The notes under the pieces: model-generated
The model's database searches: none
Seen by the model: only the letters and a program-made list of their open reading frames with translations
Told to the model about the DNA's origin: nothing
Made by a program: the position numbers and the translations under genes
In this document: positions 1 through 11,042 of the stretch, one piece after another
How positions within the stretch are numbered: the stretch's first letter is position 1
Layout: every line of letters starts with the position of its first letter
Origin: Eukaryota sp. TZLM1-RC
Taxonomy: Eukaryota > Protista > Metamonada: BaSk clade
Reading direction: 5' to 3'
Assembly (NCBI GenBank): GCA_040285825.1
Contig: JAUPSS010000011.1
Span: forward strand, 1,143,798-1,207,797
DNA length: 64,000 bases

Positions 1-236
1 AGCTATCTGGTGGAGGCATTTACCAAGGATCTGTTCGGTGGGAATGATTTTATGACACAAACAGAACAGTGGAATACAACATGGAAAACTTACTGGTTGA
101 GTTTGCTCATGTGTTGAGTGTTGAGTGGAGAGCAACTTTCGATGGTATGGCAGAATGGTCAGTGCAAGAAGCCAGGAAAGGAGAACAGTTCATACTTGGT
201 GCTCACACAGACTGGAAACAAACAGCCTTTGTGTAG
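1..236 (+). pseudogene. UBE2Q-like ubiquitin-conjugating E2, 3' part (cut by window edge), inactivated
   Basis: Reads LSGGGIYQGSVRWE*FYDTNRTVEYNMENLLVEFAHVLSVEWRATF...GAHTDWKQTAFV*. Same sequence as 41260-41746; the catalytic Cys codon is replaced and there is an in-frame TGA. Confidence 0.7.
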
Positions 237-804
237 TGTTAATACAGGAAGTTGGGATAAGGTTTTTGTTTCATCAAATATGTAATTGACTAATAATGCG
301 AGTAGTGAGTCTGCCATTGATGAAATGTCACAAACTTTTCAATTTGTGAAAAGTAACTTTGAAGGCTTGTCGAATCTACTTATGCTCTAAGACTTTATGT
401 GCAATTTTACATTACACTTCTACAACCTGGTGGTTTAGGTGTATCAATCGATTATTTTGGAGCTGCAAGGTAGCGATGGTGACAACTAGAAAGCTGTTTA
501 GATAGATTTGCCAACTTGTTTTTCTTAATGTGGATGATCCAAATTTGAAGAGAAATCTTGCTAGATTACACAATATTCAATACACAGTTTGAAATACAGT
601 GTGAATCATTAAATGATGACTTGACAACAATAAAAGAAATATCGTGTAATTGGTCAACACAGTGGTGATCACATGTCCTGGTTGAATCAAATTTTTTAGG
701 CATATTGGAATTTCATTGTTTTCAATAGCCTTGTATGAATTGTTGCTTTTCGTTTCACATAGTAATGTAGAATAACTGATATCTTAATTCCGTGTTAATA
801 GGGC

Positions 805-1487
805 TTTCTGATGAAAAGTATATTGAGTATTTAATCAACAACAACTTTGTTTTGCAAACTTTTTGATTGATCTTGAAGACAGTTGCTCAAGTTGCCTAAT
901 CTCCCAAATTCCCAACATTTATGGCCTTCTTCTGAATGATCACCAATGGACCACTGCAACGAGAATGAGATGTTTTCTATGGCCTTGTTCATTACCAAAT
1001 GATTTAATTTGTCGCTGCAAGAGTGTTGTTACGCTTTCCCATATTTTAAACTGTAAGTATTTCATAACTTATCGCTCAATTGTTCATGACTCAGTTCGTG
1101 ATCAATTATATACCATGTGCAAAAGTTTCAATATAGAGGCATTTATTGAGCCACTAGTACGTAAGCTGTCTTCAGATCAAACTGATGATTCCTTTGGTAA
1201 AAGAAGGGCAGATTTAGTAGCTCCAGGGACCGATGGTGTTCTCATTGTTGTAGATGTTGTCTCAGTTGATGTTTGCAAAAATTCTGCTGCTCGTTTAGTG
1301 TATTCCGCTGATTCGCTGCTGTCTACGCCGAAAAAAGAAGATAAAAAATATGAAGAACCTTTGGCACAATTAGGTAGAGTGGAACATGTGAAATATCAGT
1401 TTGTGCCGTTTGCAATTTCTCATTTTGGCAATATTGGACCTTCAGGGTTGCACTTTTTTGAAAATTTTAAAAAGGTGTTACTGAATA
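805..1487 (+). mobile_element. Non-LTR retrotransposon family B, C-terminal fragment (CCHC knuckle + restriction-like endonuclease), truncated at both ends
   Basis: ORF 863-1558 has CRC...H...C, HDSVRD, RRADL...VVDV and FVPFAIS.FG.IG. After VLLN it switches to unrelated sequence, whereas the copy at 27098-27957 continues RSGKTM. Confidence 0.85.
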
Positions 1488-1727
1488 GTTTGTTTGGAAT
1501 TGTGTTAAATTCCAGGAACTTCACCAGTGAGATCGTGAAAGATTGTGAGAGATTGTAGAAAACTAATGAAACTTTTTGTAAAGTTTCATTAAAACTATAC
1601 TTTAAAACTAATGAAAGGAATTACTGTCGTAACACAACTCAGACATTATGTAAACAATGAATTTTACATGTTTGACATTAAGAGATATCCTTTTTGATCA
1701 GGTTTTCTACTAGCTTTTATTTCAAGA

Positions 1728-2172
1728 ATGTCTCGTTCTCCACAACTAGGACGTTTCTACTCAAACCATCAAGGTGACTTCAGGACCAAAAAAAACCCGT
1801 AAATTTGTGACATCAGAACTGCCAGGATTTCACCTAGAAGACAAAATCAAAATCAAACTGTATTCTAAAACTATGAGAGATGCACCAGAACGTCTGAACA
1901 AAATGATTTTATGTAAAGAAGAAACAACAGATGCAGTTCACTTTAAATGTCGTCAACTGAGTGCCTTTCCATGGAAGGTAGAACACCATAAAGCATCAGC
2001 AAGCAGAACTACAGAGGAAGTGGTCGAGCTATGGGAACCTAGCTATCAAGAAGTTAGGTTTGTTGAGGATCATGAAGAGGTGTTAAGTGTTGGAGAAAAA
2101 GGAAAGATCATTGAAGAATATGACTCTGAACTAGAAGAACAGTCTTTTGAAGAAGCAGCTGGTATTTCTTGA
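1728..2172 (+). pseudogene. Copy of the 147-aa orphan ORF with a +1 A homopolymer frameshift (possibly a sequencing error)
   Basis: Near-identical to 38303-38746, but A8 instead of A7 at about 1788. Confidence 0.55.
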
Positions 2173-2503
2173 AAACCATTCTCATCAGTGATTTTGTCTG
2201 TATTATGATGCTTAATAGAACAAATGACATGGAATTTTAGTATAAAGGATCATGGATTGAGTCTATTTTTGATGGTTACTGAAGCAATTATTTTATAAAA
2301 GTAATTGAGGGAATGCTTTTCATTATCTTTTGATATATAATTTTTGAACAAAAATGGTCTTTTAAAAATCATCACAGATATTGAGACTTTGTCTCTAGTA
2401 ATCAAGAGAGAAACCATAATATAATAAAAAATAAATCAATAATAGAAAAAAAAGTTAAATCGATTCTGTCAGGTATTTTGGAAAAAATCGAAGAGCAATA
2501 TGT

Positions 2504-4135
2504 GTGTGTATTCATATATGTGCTTATGCAGATGATTTATCACTTATTGGCCCTTTGTCTCTTTTACAACACGGTTTACAGCATTTTGTTTTTCTGGCCA
2601 AACAAATAGGGTTAGACATTAAATTGCCCAAGTGTTTCATTATTGGTAATCAACATGCGGAGGTGGTATTTAAAGAAACTTTTATCAAATACGTTGATTA
2701 CGAGGAAGATGCTATTCGGTTTCTTGGATCTTATTTTGGAAATAGTGAAAAAGTTAAATCGATTTTGTCAGGTATTTTGGAAAAAATCGAAGAGCAACTT
2801 TTGGCAATTCAAGATCTACAAATTGACAAACATTTAGCGTTTTCGGTCCTCAATGTGTGTTTTGGATCAAAAATTAATCATCTTCTTCGTTCTTTATCTC
2901 CCACAATTTCTCATGATTTTGCACGTCAATTCAATACTTTGAGAACAAATTTTTTAGGAAATTTAGTAGAAGTTTGTCCATCTAAAATTCCTTATCATGC
3001 ATTTTTTAGTCCTAAATTTGGTGGAGTTGGTTTTTCAAAAGCAGAATATTTATGCAAAAGTGCTTTTATTGGTGGTATGACAAATTTTCTTTTTGAATGG
3101 AAACTTCGTTTTGATCATATTCCTTTAAATGAATCACATCCTTTATTCATTTCTCTTGAAAAAATGGTGCAAGAACTACCTGTTGATATTTGGAATAAGA
3201 GTTTTCCTTCAAGTTTGCCTGCTGTGCCTTCGAGATCTTTCACCAACCTTCATCTTGCTGTTGTGAAATTACAGAAGTCTGTTCTTATTGGTTTTGAAGA
3301 CCTGGATTTTTCTAAACGACTTAGTGTGACTAAGATTAATAATCCCGTCTTTGCTGCCTTTTTAGCAGACATTCAGAACTGTAATAGTTTAATATCTCAG
3401 CAACCAAGGCCATTTGGTCTTCACTTAACAAATGGAGCTTGGAAACAAAACATGCGGTTGAGATTAGGGATGTATCCAAGTGGTCTTTTGGACAATTCTT
3501 ATTGTATTTGTAACAAAAAACCTACTGCCAATTTTCGTCATATTGTGAGCTGCAAGAAATTTCTCCAATATCGGTCAGTTCTTCATAATGCCGTTCGTGA
3601 TGTGACATATGAGATGTTCAAGTGTTACAATTTTAGTTGCAAAGTAGAACCTTTGTTGAAGCATTATAGTGATGATAATCTTTTTAATTCACGTCGAGGT
3701 GATTTAATTGCTCCATTTGTGGATTCCTCTCAAGTTGTTGTTGATTTCACTACAGTTGATCCCTTTGCTTTGGTTTATCGCGATGATGTTTTACTTAGTA
3801 CTAATGGCCATTTAAACAAGGCTGAAGATCGTAAGAGAGATAAATATACTGAGATATTAAATGATTTAAATAAGAACCTTTATTCGAAGTTTTCGTTTGT
3901 TCCTTTTGCCTTTTCGATTTTTGGCAACATTGGACAATCCGCCATGAATTTCATCAATGATTTTGGTAATTTATGTCGTTCAAGTGGTAAGAATTTTGCA
4001 GAGAATTTATGGAAAAATCGTATCATTTTCGCTTTGTACAGAAGTGTTCCCAAGTACTTGAGTTTAATGATGTCTAAACTTTATAAGGATTCATCAAGAG
4101 TTGGCGTGGAGAATTTAGTTTCTTATGTGTTTTAG
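2504..4135 (+). CDS. Family A non-LTR retrotransposon ORF, 5'-truncated just before YADD (RT C-terminal part + CCHC + RLE)
   Basis: AYADD, FLG, GGVG, CICNK...H...C, HNAVRD, RRGDL...VVDFT, AEDRKRDKY, FVPFAFSIFG. There is no true start: the element begins at 2510 after a TATGTGTGTGT filler. Confidence 0.9.
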   Translation: MCIHICAYADDLSLIGPLSLLQHGLQHFVFLAKQIGLDIKLPKCFIIGNQHAEVVFKETFIKYVDYEEDAIRFLGSYFGNSEKVKSILSGILEKIEEQLLAIQDLQIDKHLAFSVLNVCFGSKINHLLRSLSPTISHDFARQFNTLRTNFLGNLVEVCPSKIPYHAFFSPKFGGVGFSKAEYLCKSAFIGGMTNFLFEWKLRFDHIPLNESHPLFISLEKMVQELPVDIWNKSFPSSLPAVPSRSFTNLHLAVVKLQKSVLIGFEDLDFSKRLSVTKINNPVFAAFLADIQNCNSLISQQPRPFGLHLTNGAWKQNMRLRLGMYPSGLLDNSYCICNKKPTANFRHIVSCKKFLQYRSVLHNAVRDVTYEMFKCYNFSCKVEPLLKHYSDDNLFNSRRGDLIAPFVDSSQVVVDFTTVDPFALVYRDDVLLSTNGHLNKAEDRKRDKYTEILNDLNKNLYSKFSFVPFAFSIFGNIGQSAMNFINDFGNLCRSSGKNFAENLWKNRIIFALYRSVPKYLSLMMSKLYKDSSRVGVENLVSYVF

Positions 4136-4375
4136 TTTGTTTTGTTTTTATTTGATTCTTTATATAAAATTTAATAAAAAATAAATAAATTTTTTTCCGT
4201 CCTTATCAGTTCGCTATCGGAATTCCTGATGGCACAACATGTGCTGCGTTGTGTACAGATTTACTTTTCAATCAAAAAGGCGAAAATTATTTATTGAACA
4301 TTGATTTTAAAAATGCTTTCAACTCGGTTTTTCTCCAGTATTTTGTAAGAACTTGAACTACACTATCCTCCACTT

Positions 4376-6166
4376 TTGCCGTATTTTAAATTGATGTATG
4401 GATCACCCTCTAACTTAATTTTTCATTCTGAGAATATTGTTTCGTCAAGAGGGGTCAAACAAGGGGATCCATTGGGTCCATTCTTCTTTTGCTTAGCACT
4501 GCAATCAGTTTTGGTAAAATTTAAGTCGGATTTTCCTGACATTCATATATGTGCTTATGCAGATGATTTATCACTTATTGGCCCTTTGTCTCTTTTACAA
4601 CACGGTTTACAGCATTTTGTTTTTCTGGCCAAACAAATAGATTTAGACATTAAATTGCCCAAGTGTTTCATTATTGGTAATCAACATGCGGAGGTGGTAT
4701 TTAAAGAAACTTTTATCAAATACGTTGATTACGAGGAAGATGCTATTCGGTTTCTTGGATCTTATTTTGGAAATAGTGAAAAAGTTAAATCGATTTTGTC
4801 AGGTATTTTGGAAAAAATCGAAGAGCAACTTTTGGCAATTCAAGATCTACAAATTGACAAACATTTAGCGTTTTCGGTCCTCAATGTGTGTTTTGGATCA
4901 AAAATTAATCATCTTCTTCGTTCTTTATCTCCCACAATTTCTCATGATTTTGCATGTCAATTCAATACTTTGAGAACAAATTTTTTAGGAAATTTAGTAG
5001 AAGTTTGTCCATCTAAAATTCCTTATCATGCATTTTTTAGTCCTAAATTTGGTGGAGTTGGTTTTTCAAAAGCAGAATATTTATGCAAAAGTGGTTTTAT
5101 TGGTGGTATGACAAATTTTCTTTTTGAATGGAAACTTCGTTTTGATCATATTCCTTTAAATGAATCACATCCTTTATTCATTTCTCTTGAAAAAATGGTG
5201 CAAGAACTACCTGTTGATATTTGGAATAAGAGTTTTCCTTCAAGTTTGCCTGCTGTGCCTTCGAGATCTTTCACCAACCTTCATCTTGCTGTTGTGAAAT
5301 TACAGAAGTCTGTTCTTATTGGTTTTGAAGACCTGGATTTTTCTAAACGACTTAGTGTGACTAAGATTAATAATCCCGTCTTTGCTGCCTTTTTAGCAGA
5401 CATTCAGAACTGTACTAGTTTAATATCTCAGCAACCAAGGCCATTTGGTCTTCACTTAACAAATGGAGCTTGGAAACAAAACATGCGGTTGAGATTAGGG
5501 ATGTATCCAAGTGGTCTTTTGGACAATTCTTATTGTATTTGTAACAAAAAACCTACTGCCAATTTTCGTCATATTGTGAGCTGCAAGAAATTTCTCCAAT
5601 ATCGGTCAGTTCTTCATAATGCCGTTCGTGATGTGACATATGAGATGTTCAAGTGTTACAATTTTAGTTGCAAAGTAGAACCTTTGTTGAAGCATTATAG
5701 TGATGATAATCTTTTTAATTCACGTCGAGGTGATTTAATTGCTCCATTTGTGGATTCCTCTCAAGTTGTTGTTGATTTCACTACAGTTGATCCCTTTGCT
5801 TTGGTTTATCGCGATGATGTTTTACTTAGTACTAATGGCCATTTAAACAAGGCTGAAGATCGTAAGAGAGATAAATATACTGAGATATTAAATGATTTAA
5901 ATAAGAACCTTTATTCGAAGTTTTCGTTTGTTCCTTTTGCCTTTTCGATTTTTGGCAACATTGGACAATCCGCCATAAATTTCATCAATGATTTTGGTAA
6001 TTTATGTCGTTCAAGTGGTAAGAATTTTGCAGAGAATTTATGGAAAAATCGTATCATTTTCGCTTTGTACAGAAGTGTTCCCAAGTACTTGAGTTTAATG
6101 ATGTCTAAACTTTATAAGGATTCATCAAGAGTTGGCGTGGAGAATTTAGTTTCTTATGTGTTTTAG
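4376..6166 (+). CDS. Family A non-LTR retrotransposon RT-CCHC-RLE ORF (CRE-like), longest open piece (596 aa), N-terminally truncated
   Basis: GVKQGDPLGPFFFCL, AYADD, CCHC and RLE motifs. Upstream 4195-4375 encodes PYQFAIG...DFKNAFNSV but is broken by a 2-nt deletion and a TAA. Confidence 0.92.
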   Translation: MPYFKLMYGSPSNLIFHSENIVSSRGVKQGDPLGPFFFCLALQSVLVKFKSDFPDIHICAYADDLSLIGPLSLLQHGLQHFVFLAKQIDLDIKLPKCFIIGNQHAEVVFKETFIKYVDYEEDAIRFLGSYFGNSEKVKSILSGILEKIEEQLLAIQDLQIDKHLAFSVLNVCFGSKINHLLRSLSPTISHDFACQFNTLRTNFLGNLVEVCPSKIPYHAFFSPKFGGVGFSKAEYLCKSGFIGGMTNFLFEWKLRFDHIPLNESHPLFISLEKMVQELPVDIWNKSFPSSLPAVPSRSFTNLHLAVVKLQKSVLIGFEDLDFSKRLSVTKINNPVFAAFLADIQNCTSLISQQPRPFGLHLTNGAWKQNMRLRLGMYPSGLLDNSYCICNKKPTANFRHIVSCKKFLQYRSVLHNAVRDVTYEMFKCYNFSCKVEPLLKHYSDDNLFNSRRGDLIAPFVDSSQVVVDFTTVDPFALVYRDDVLLSTNGHLNKAEDRKRDKYTEILNDLNKNLYSKFSFVPFAFSIFGNIGQSAINFINDFGNLCRSSGKNFAENLWKNRIIFALYRSVPKYLSLMMSKLYKDSSRVGVENLVSYVF

Positions 6167-6222
6167 TTTGTTTTGTTTTTATTTGATTCTTTATATAAAA
6201 TTTAATAAAAAATAAATAAATT

Positions 6223-8267
6223 TTTTTCCGTCCTTATCAGTTCGCTATCGGAATTCCTGATGGCACAACATGTGCTGCGTTGTGTACAGATTTACTTTTA
6301 ATCAAAAAGGCGAAAATTATTTATTGAACATTGATTTTAAAAATGCTTTCAACTCGGTTTTTCTCCAGTATTTTGTAAGAACTTGAACTACACTATCCTC
6401 CACTTTTGCCGTATTTTAAATTGATGTATGGATCACCCTCTAACTTAATTTTTCATTCTGAGAATATTGTTTCGTCAAGAGGGGTCAAACAAGGGGATCC
6501 ATTGGGTCCATTCTTTTTTTGCTTAGCACTGCAATCAGTTTTGGTAAAAATTTAAGTCGGATTTTCCTGACATTCATATATGTGCTTATGCAGATGATTT
6601 ATCACTTATTGGCCCTTTGTCTCTTTTTACAACACGGTTTACAGCATTCTGTTTTTTTCTGGCCAAACAAATAGGGTTAGACATTAAATTGCCCAAGTGT
6701 TTCATTATTGGTAATCAACATGCGGAGGTGGTATTTAAAGAAACTTTTATCAAATACGTTGATTACGAGGAAGATGCTATTCGGTTTCTTGGATCTTATT
6801 TTGGAAATAGTGAAAAAGTTAAATCGATTTTGTCAGGTATTTTGGAAAAAATCGAAGAGCAACTTTTGGCAATTCAAGATCTACAAATTGACAAACATTT
6901 AGCGTTTTCGGTCCTCAATGTGTGTTTTGGATCAAAAATTAATCATCTTCTTCGTTCTTTATCTCCCACAATTTCTCATGATTTTGCATGTCAATTCAAT
7001 ACTTTGAGAACAAATTTTTTAGAAAATTTAGTAGAAATTTGTCCATCTAAAATTCCTTATCATGCATTTTTTAGTCCTAAATTTGGTGGAGTTGGTTTTT
7101 CAAAAGCAGAATATTTACGCAAAAGTGGTTTTATTGGTGGTATGACAAATTTTTCTTTTTTGAATGGAAACTTCGTTTTGATCATATTCCTTTAAATGAA
7201 TCACATCCTTTATTCATTTCTCTTGAAAAAAATGGTGCAAGAACTACCTGTTGATATTTGGAATAAGAGTTTTTCCTTCAAGTTTGCCTGCTGTGCCTTC
7301 GAGATCTTTCACCAACCTTCATCTTGCTGTTGTGAAATTACAGAAGTCTGTTCTTATTGGTTTTGAAGACCTGGATTTTTCTAAACGACTTAGTGTGACT
7401 AAGATTAATAATCCCGTCTTTGCTGCCTTTTTAGCAGACATTCAGAACTGTACTAGTTTAATATCTCAGCAACCAAGGCCATTTGGTCTTCACTTAACAA
7501 ATGGAGCTTGGAAACAAAACATGCGGTTGAGATTAGGGATGTATCCAAGTGGTCTTTTGGACAATTCTTATTGTATTTGTAACAAAAAAACCTACTGCCA
7601 ATTTTTCGTCATATTGTGAGCTGCAAGAAATTTCTCCAATATCGGTCAGTTCTTCATAATGCCGTTCGTGATGTGACATATGAGATGTTCAAGTGTTACA
7701 ATTTTAGTTGCAAAGTAGAACCTTTGTTGAAGCATTATAGTGATGATAATCTTTTTTTAATTCACGTCGAGGTGATTTAATTGCTCCATTTGTGGATTCC
7801 TCTCAAGTTGTTGTTGATTTCACTACAGTTGATCCCTTTGCTTTGGTTTATCGCGATGATGTTTTTACTTAGTACTAATGGCCATTTAAAACAAGGCTGA
7901 AGATCGTAAGAGAGATAAATATACTGAGATATTAAATGATTTAAATAAGAACCTTTATTCGAAGTTTTTCGTTTGTTCCTTTTGCCTTTTCGATTTTTGG
8001 CAACATTGGACAATCCGCCATAAATTTCATCAATGATTTTGGTAATTTATGTCGTTCAAGTGGTAAGAATTTTGCAGAGAATTTATGGAAAAATCGTATC
8101 ATTTTCGCTTTGTACAGAAGTGTTCCCAAGTACTTGAGTTTAATGATGTCTAAACTTTATAAGGATTCATCAAGAGTTGGCGTGGAGAATTTAGTTTCTT
8201 ATGTGTTTTAGTTTGTTTTGTTTTTATTTGATTCTTTATATAAAATTTAATAAAAAAATAAATAAAT
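6223..8267 (+). mobile_element. Family A unit with multiple homopolymer frameshifts
   Basis: Co-linear with 4191-6222; the ORF is split into 6617-7195, 7251-7619 and smaller pieces by 1-nt indels in homopolymer runs. Confidence 0.9.
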
Positions 8268-10175
8268 TTTTTTCCGTCCTTATCAGTTCGCTATCGGAAT
8301 TCCTGATGGCACAACATGTGCTGCGTTGTGTACAGATTTACTTTTAATCAAAAAGGCGAAAATTATTTATTGAACATTGATTTTAAAAATGCTTTCAACT
8401 CGGTTTTTCTCCAGTATTTTGTAAGAACTTGAACTACACTATCCTCCACTTTTGCCGTATTTTAAATTGATGTATGGATCACCCTCTAACTTAATTTTTC
8501 ATTCTGAGAATATTGTTTCGTCAAGAGGGGTCAAACAAGGGGATCCATTGGGTCCATTCTTTTTTTGCTTAGCACTGCAATCAGTTTTGGTAAAATTTAA
8601 GTCGGATTTTCCTGACATTCATATATGTGCTTATGCAGATGATTTATCACTTATTGGCCCTTTGTCTCTTTTACAACACGGTTTACAGCATTTTGTTTTT
8701 CTGGCCAAACAAATAGGGTTAGACATTAAATTGCCCAAGTGTTTCATTATTGGTAATCAACATGCGGAGGTGGTATTTAAAGAAACTTTTATCAAATACG
8801 TTGATTACGAGGAAGATGCTATTCGGTTTCTTGGATCTTATTTTGGAAATAGTGAAAAAGTTAAATCGATTCTGTCAGGTATTTTGGAAAAAATCGAAGA
8901 GCAACTTTTGGTTATTCAAGATTTAAAAATTGACAAACATTTAGCGTTTTCGGTCCTAAATGTGTGTTTTGGATCAAAAATTAATCATCTTCTTCGTTCT
9001 TTATCTCCCACAATTTCTCATGATTTTGCACGTCAATTCAATTCTTGGAGAACAGATTTCTTAGGAAATTTAGTAGAAATTTGTCCATCTAAAATTCCTT
9101 ATCATGCATTTTTTAGTCCTAAATTTGGTGAAGTTGGTTTTTCAAAAGCAGAGTATTTATGCAAGAGTGCTTTTATTGGTGGTATGAGAAATTTTCTTTT
9201 TGAATGGAAACATCGTTTTGAACATATTCCTCTAAATGAATCAAATCCTTTATTAATTTCTCTTGAAAAAATGGTGCAAGAACTACCTGTTGATGTTTGG
9301 AATAGGAGTTTTCCTTCAAGTTTGCATGCTGTGCCTTCGAGATCTTTCACCAATCTTCATCTTGCTGTTGTAAAATTACAGAAGTCTTTTCTTATTGGTT
9401 TTGAAGACCTAGATTTTTTAAACGACTTAGTATGACTATGATTAATAATCCGTCTTTGCTGCCTTTTTATCAGACATTCAGAACTGTACTAGTTTAATAT
9501 CTCAGCAACCAAGGTCATTTGGTCTTCGCTTAACAAATGAAGCATGGAAACAAAACATGCGGTTGAGATTAGGGATGTATCCAAGTGGTCTTTTGGATAA
9601 TTCTTATTGCATTTGTAACATAAAACCTACTGCCAATTTCCGTCATATTGTGAGCTGTAGAAAATTTCTCCAATATAGGTCAGTTCTTCATAATGCAGTT
9701 TGTGATGTGGCATATGAGATGTTTAAGTGTTACAATTGTTAGTTGCAAAGTAGAACCGTTGTTGAAGCATTATAGCGATAATAATCTATATAATTCATGT
9801 CGAGGTGATTTAATTGCTCCTTTTCTGGAGTCCTCCCAAGTTGTTGTTGATTTCACTACAGTTGAAACCTTCGCTTTTATTTATCGTGATGATGTTTTAC
9901 CTAGTGCTAATGGTCATTTAAACAAGGCTGAAGATGGTGAAAAGGATAAATATACTGAGATATTAAATGATTTAAATAAGAATCATTACTCAAAGTTTTC
10001 GTTTGTTCCATTTGCCTTTTCTATTTTTGTCAACATTGGACAGTTCGCCTTGCATCTTATCAATGATTTTGGTAATTTGTGTCGTTCAAGTGGTAACAAT
10101 TTTCGCTGTATACAGAAGCGCTCCCAAATAATTTTGTTTCTTATGTGCTTTAGTGTGATTTGATTCTGGGTAGAA
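8268..10175 (+). mobile_element. Chimeric family A copy: young-type 5' part joined at about 8870 to a more diverged 3' part
   Basis: ORFs 8452-9435, 9557-9742 and 9693-10163. Diagnostic switch from LAIQDLQID to LVIQDLKID; internal deletions near the 3' end. Confidence 0.88.
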
Positions 10176-10198
10176 AATCAATATTGTTGTTAAAAATA

Positions 10199-11042
10199 CC
10201 CGAATGTCCCTCTGTTTATAAACTTTTGTTAAAAGACAATGAATGGCTTCTAAACATGCGTTTTCGTTGTTTTCTGTGGCCAAACAATTTGCCCAATCAT
10301 TTAACTTGTAAATGTGGTAAACCTCTTTTGTTTACTCATCTTTGGAACTGTAAACATTTCATTACGTATAGAAGCAAAGTGCATAATAACGTCAGGGACC
10401 AAATTTATGTAATGTGTAAATCATATCGTGTAGATTCCTTTTTAGAACCGCTGTTATCAAAATTAATTCTTGATGATCCCAATATTGATAGTACGCGTTA
10501 CAACAGAGCTTCTATGGGTTTGACTAGAGGTGATCTAGTTGTTCCCGGTTTAAATGGTAGTTTGACTATTTTGGACGCCATGTCTATTGACCCTTGTAAT
10601 TCCTCTAACGTACATTTCATTAACTCGGATGTAAATAATCCTCTTCTGACAGGCGAAAAATATAAAATTGCTAAATATGCGAAACCCATTTCCTCGGTTA
10701 ATGAAAATTCTCATGCCCAATTTAATTTATGTCCATTTGTTTTTTCTTTGCTTGGATCTCTAGGTAAGGCTGCTATGGCTTTCCTTGAGGATTTTGTTGT
10801 AGTTGTAAAGGAAAGAACTGGAAGAATTTTCAATCGTGTTTACTGGCAAAACAGGATTGTATTTTCTATTTTTAAGGGAATGGTAACACTAATTTCTGAT
10901 TCACTATCTTCTTTTGGGAAATTTTCTGAATCTTAAGCGATTAATTGTTTTGATGTGGGGGAGGCAGGTTTTGAGGGTGTGGAGATTTCATTGTGTATTT
11001 CATATTTGTTGTTGAATAAAAATAAAATAATTGAAAAAAAAA
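10199..11042 (+). mobile_element. Non-LTR retrotransposon family C, 5'-truncated (CCHC + RLE + A-rich tail)
   Basis: ORF 10160-10936: CKC...H...C, HNNVRD, TRGDL...ILDAM, GEKYKIAKY, LCPFVFSLLG; ends in AATAAAAATAAAATAATTGAAAAAAAAA. Confidence 0.87.

Larger units (their letters stand above)
2510..8865 (+). repeat. Head-to-tail tandem array of near-identical ~2.03-kb 5'-truncated family A units
   Basis: The junction A-rich tail + TTTTCCGTCCTTATCAGTTCGCTATCGG recurs at about 4191, 6223 and 8268; shadow ORFs recur at 2643, 4674 and 6708. Confidence 0.92.

Noticed and set aside
4340-4350. Host uses TAA/TAG = Gln
   Set aside because: The 596-, 1086- and 1304-aa ORFs contain many Gln codons and no internal TAA/TAG, and they end in TAA or TAG.
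2504-6166. RT as a DGR, retron or group II intron RT
   Set aside because: QGDPLGP/YADD followed by a CCHC knuckle, an RLE domain and an A-rich tail identify non-LTR retrotransposons. No template-repeat/variable-repeat pair was found.
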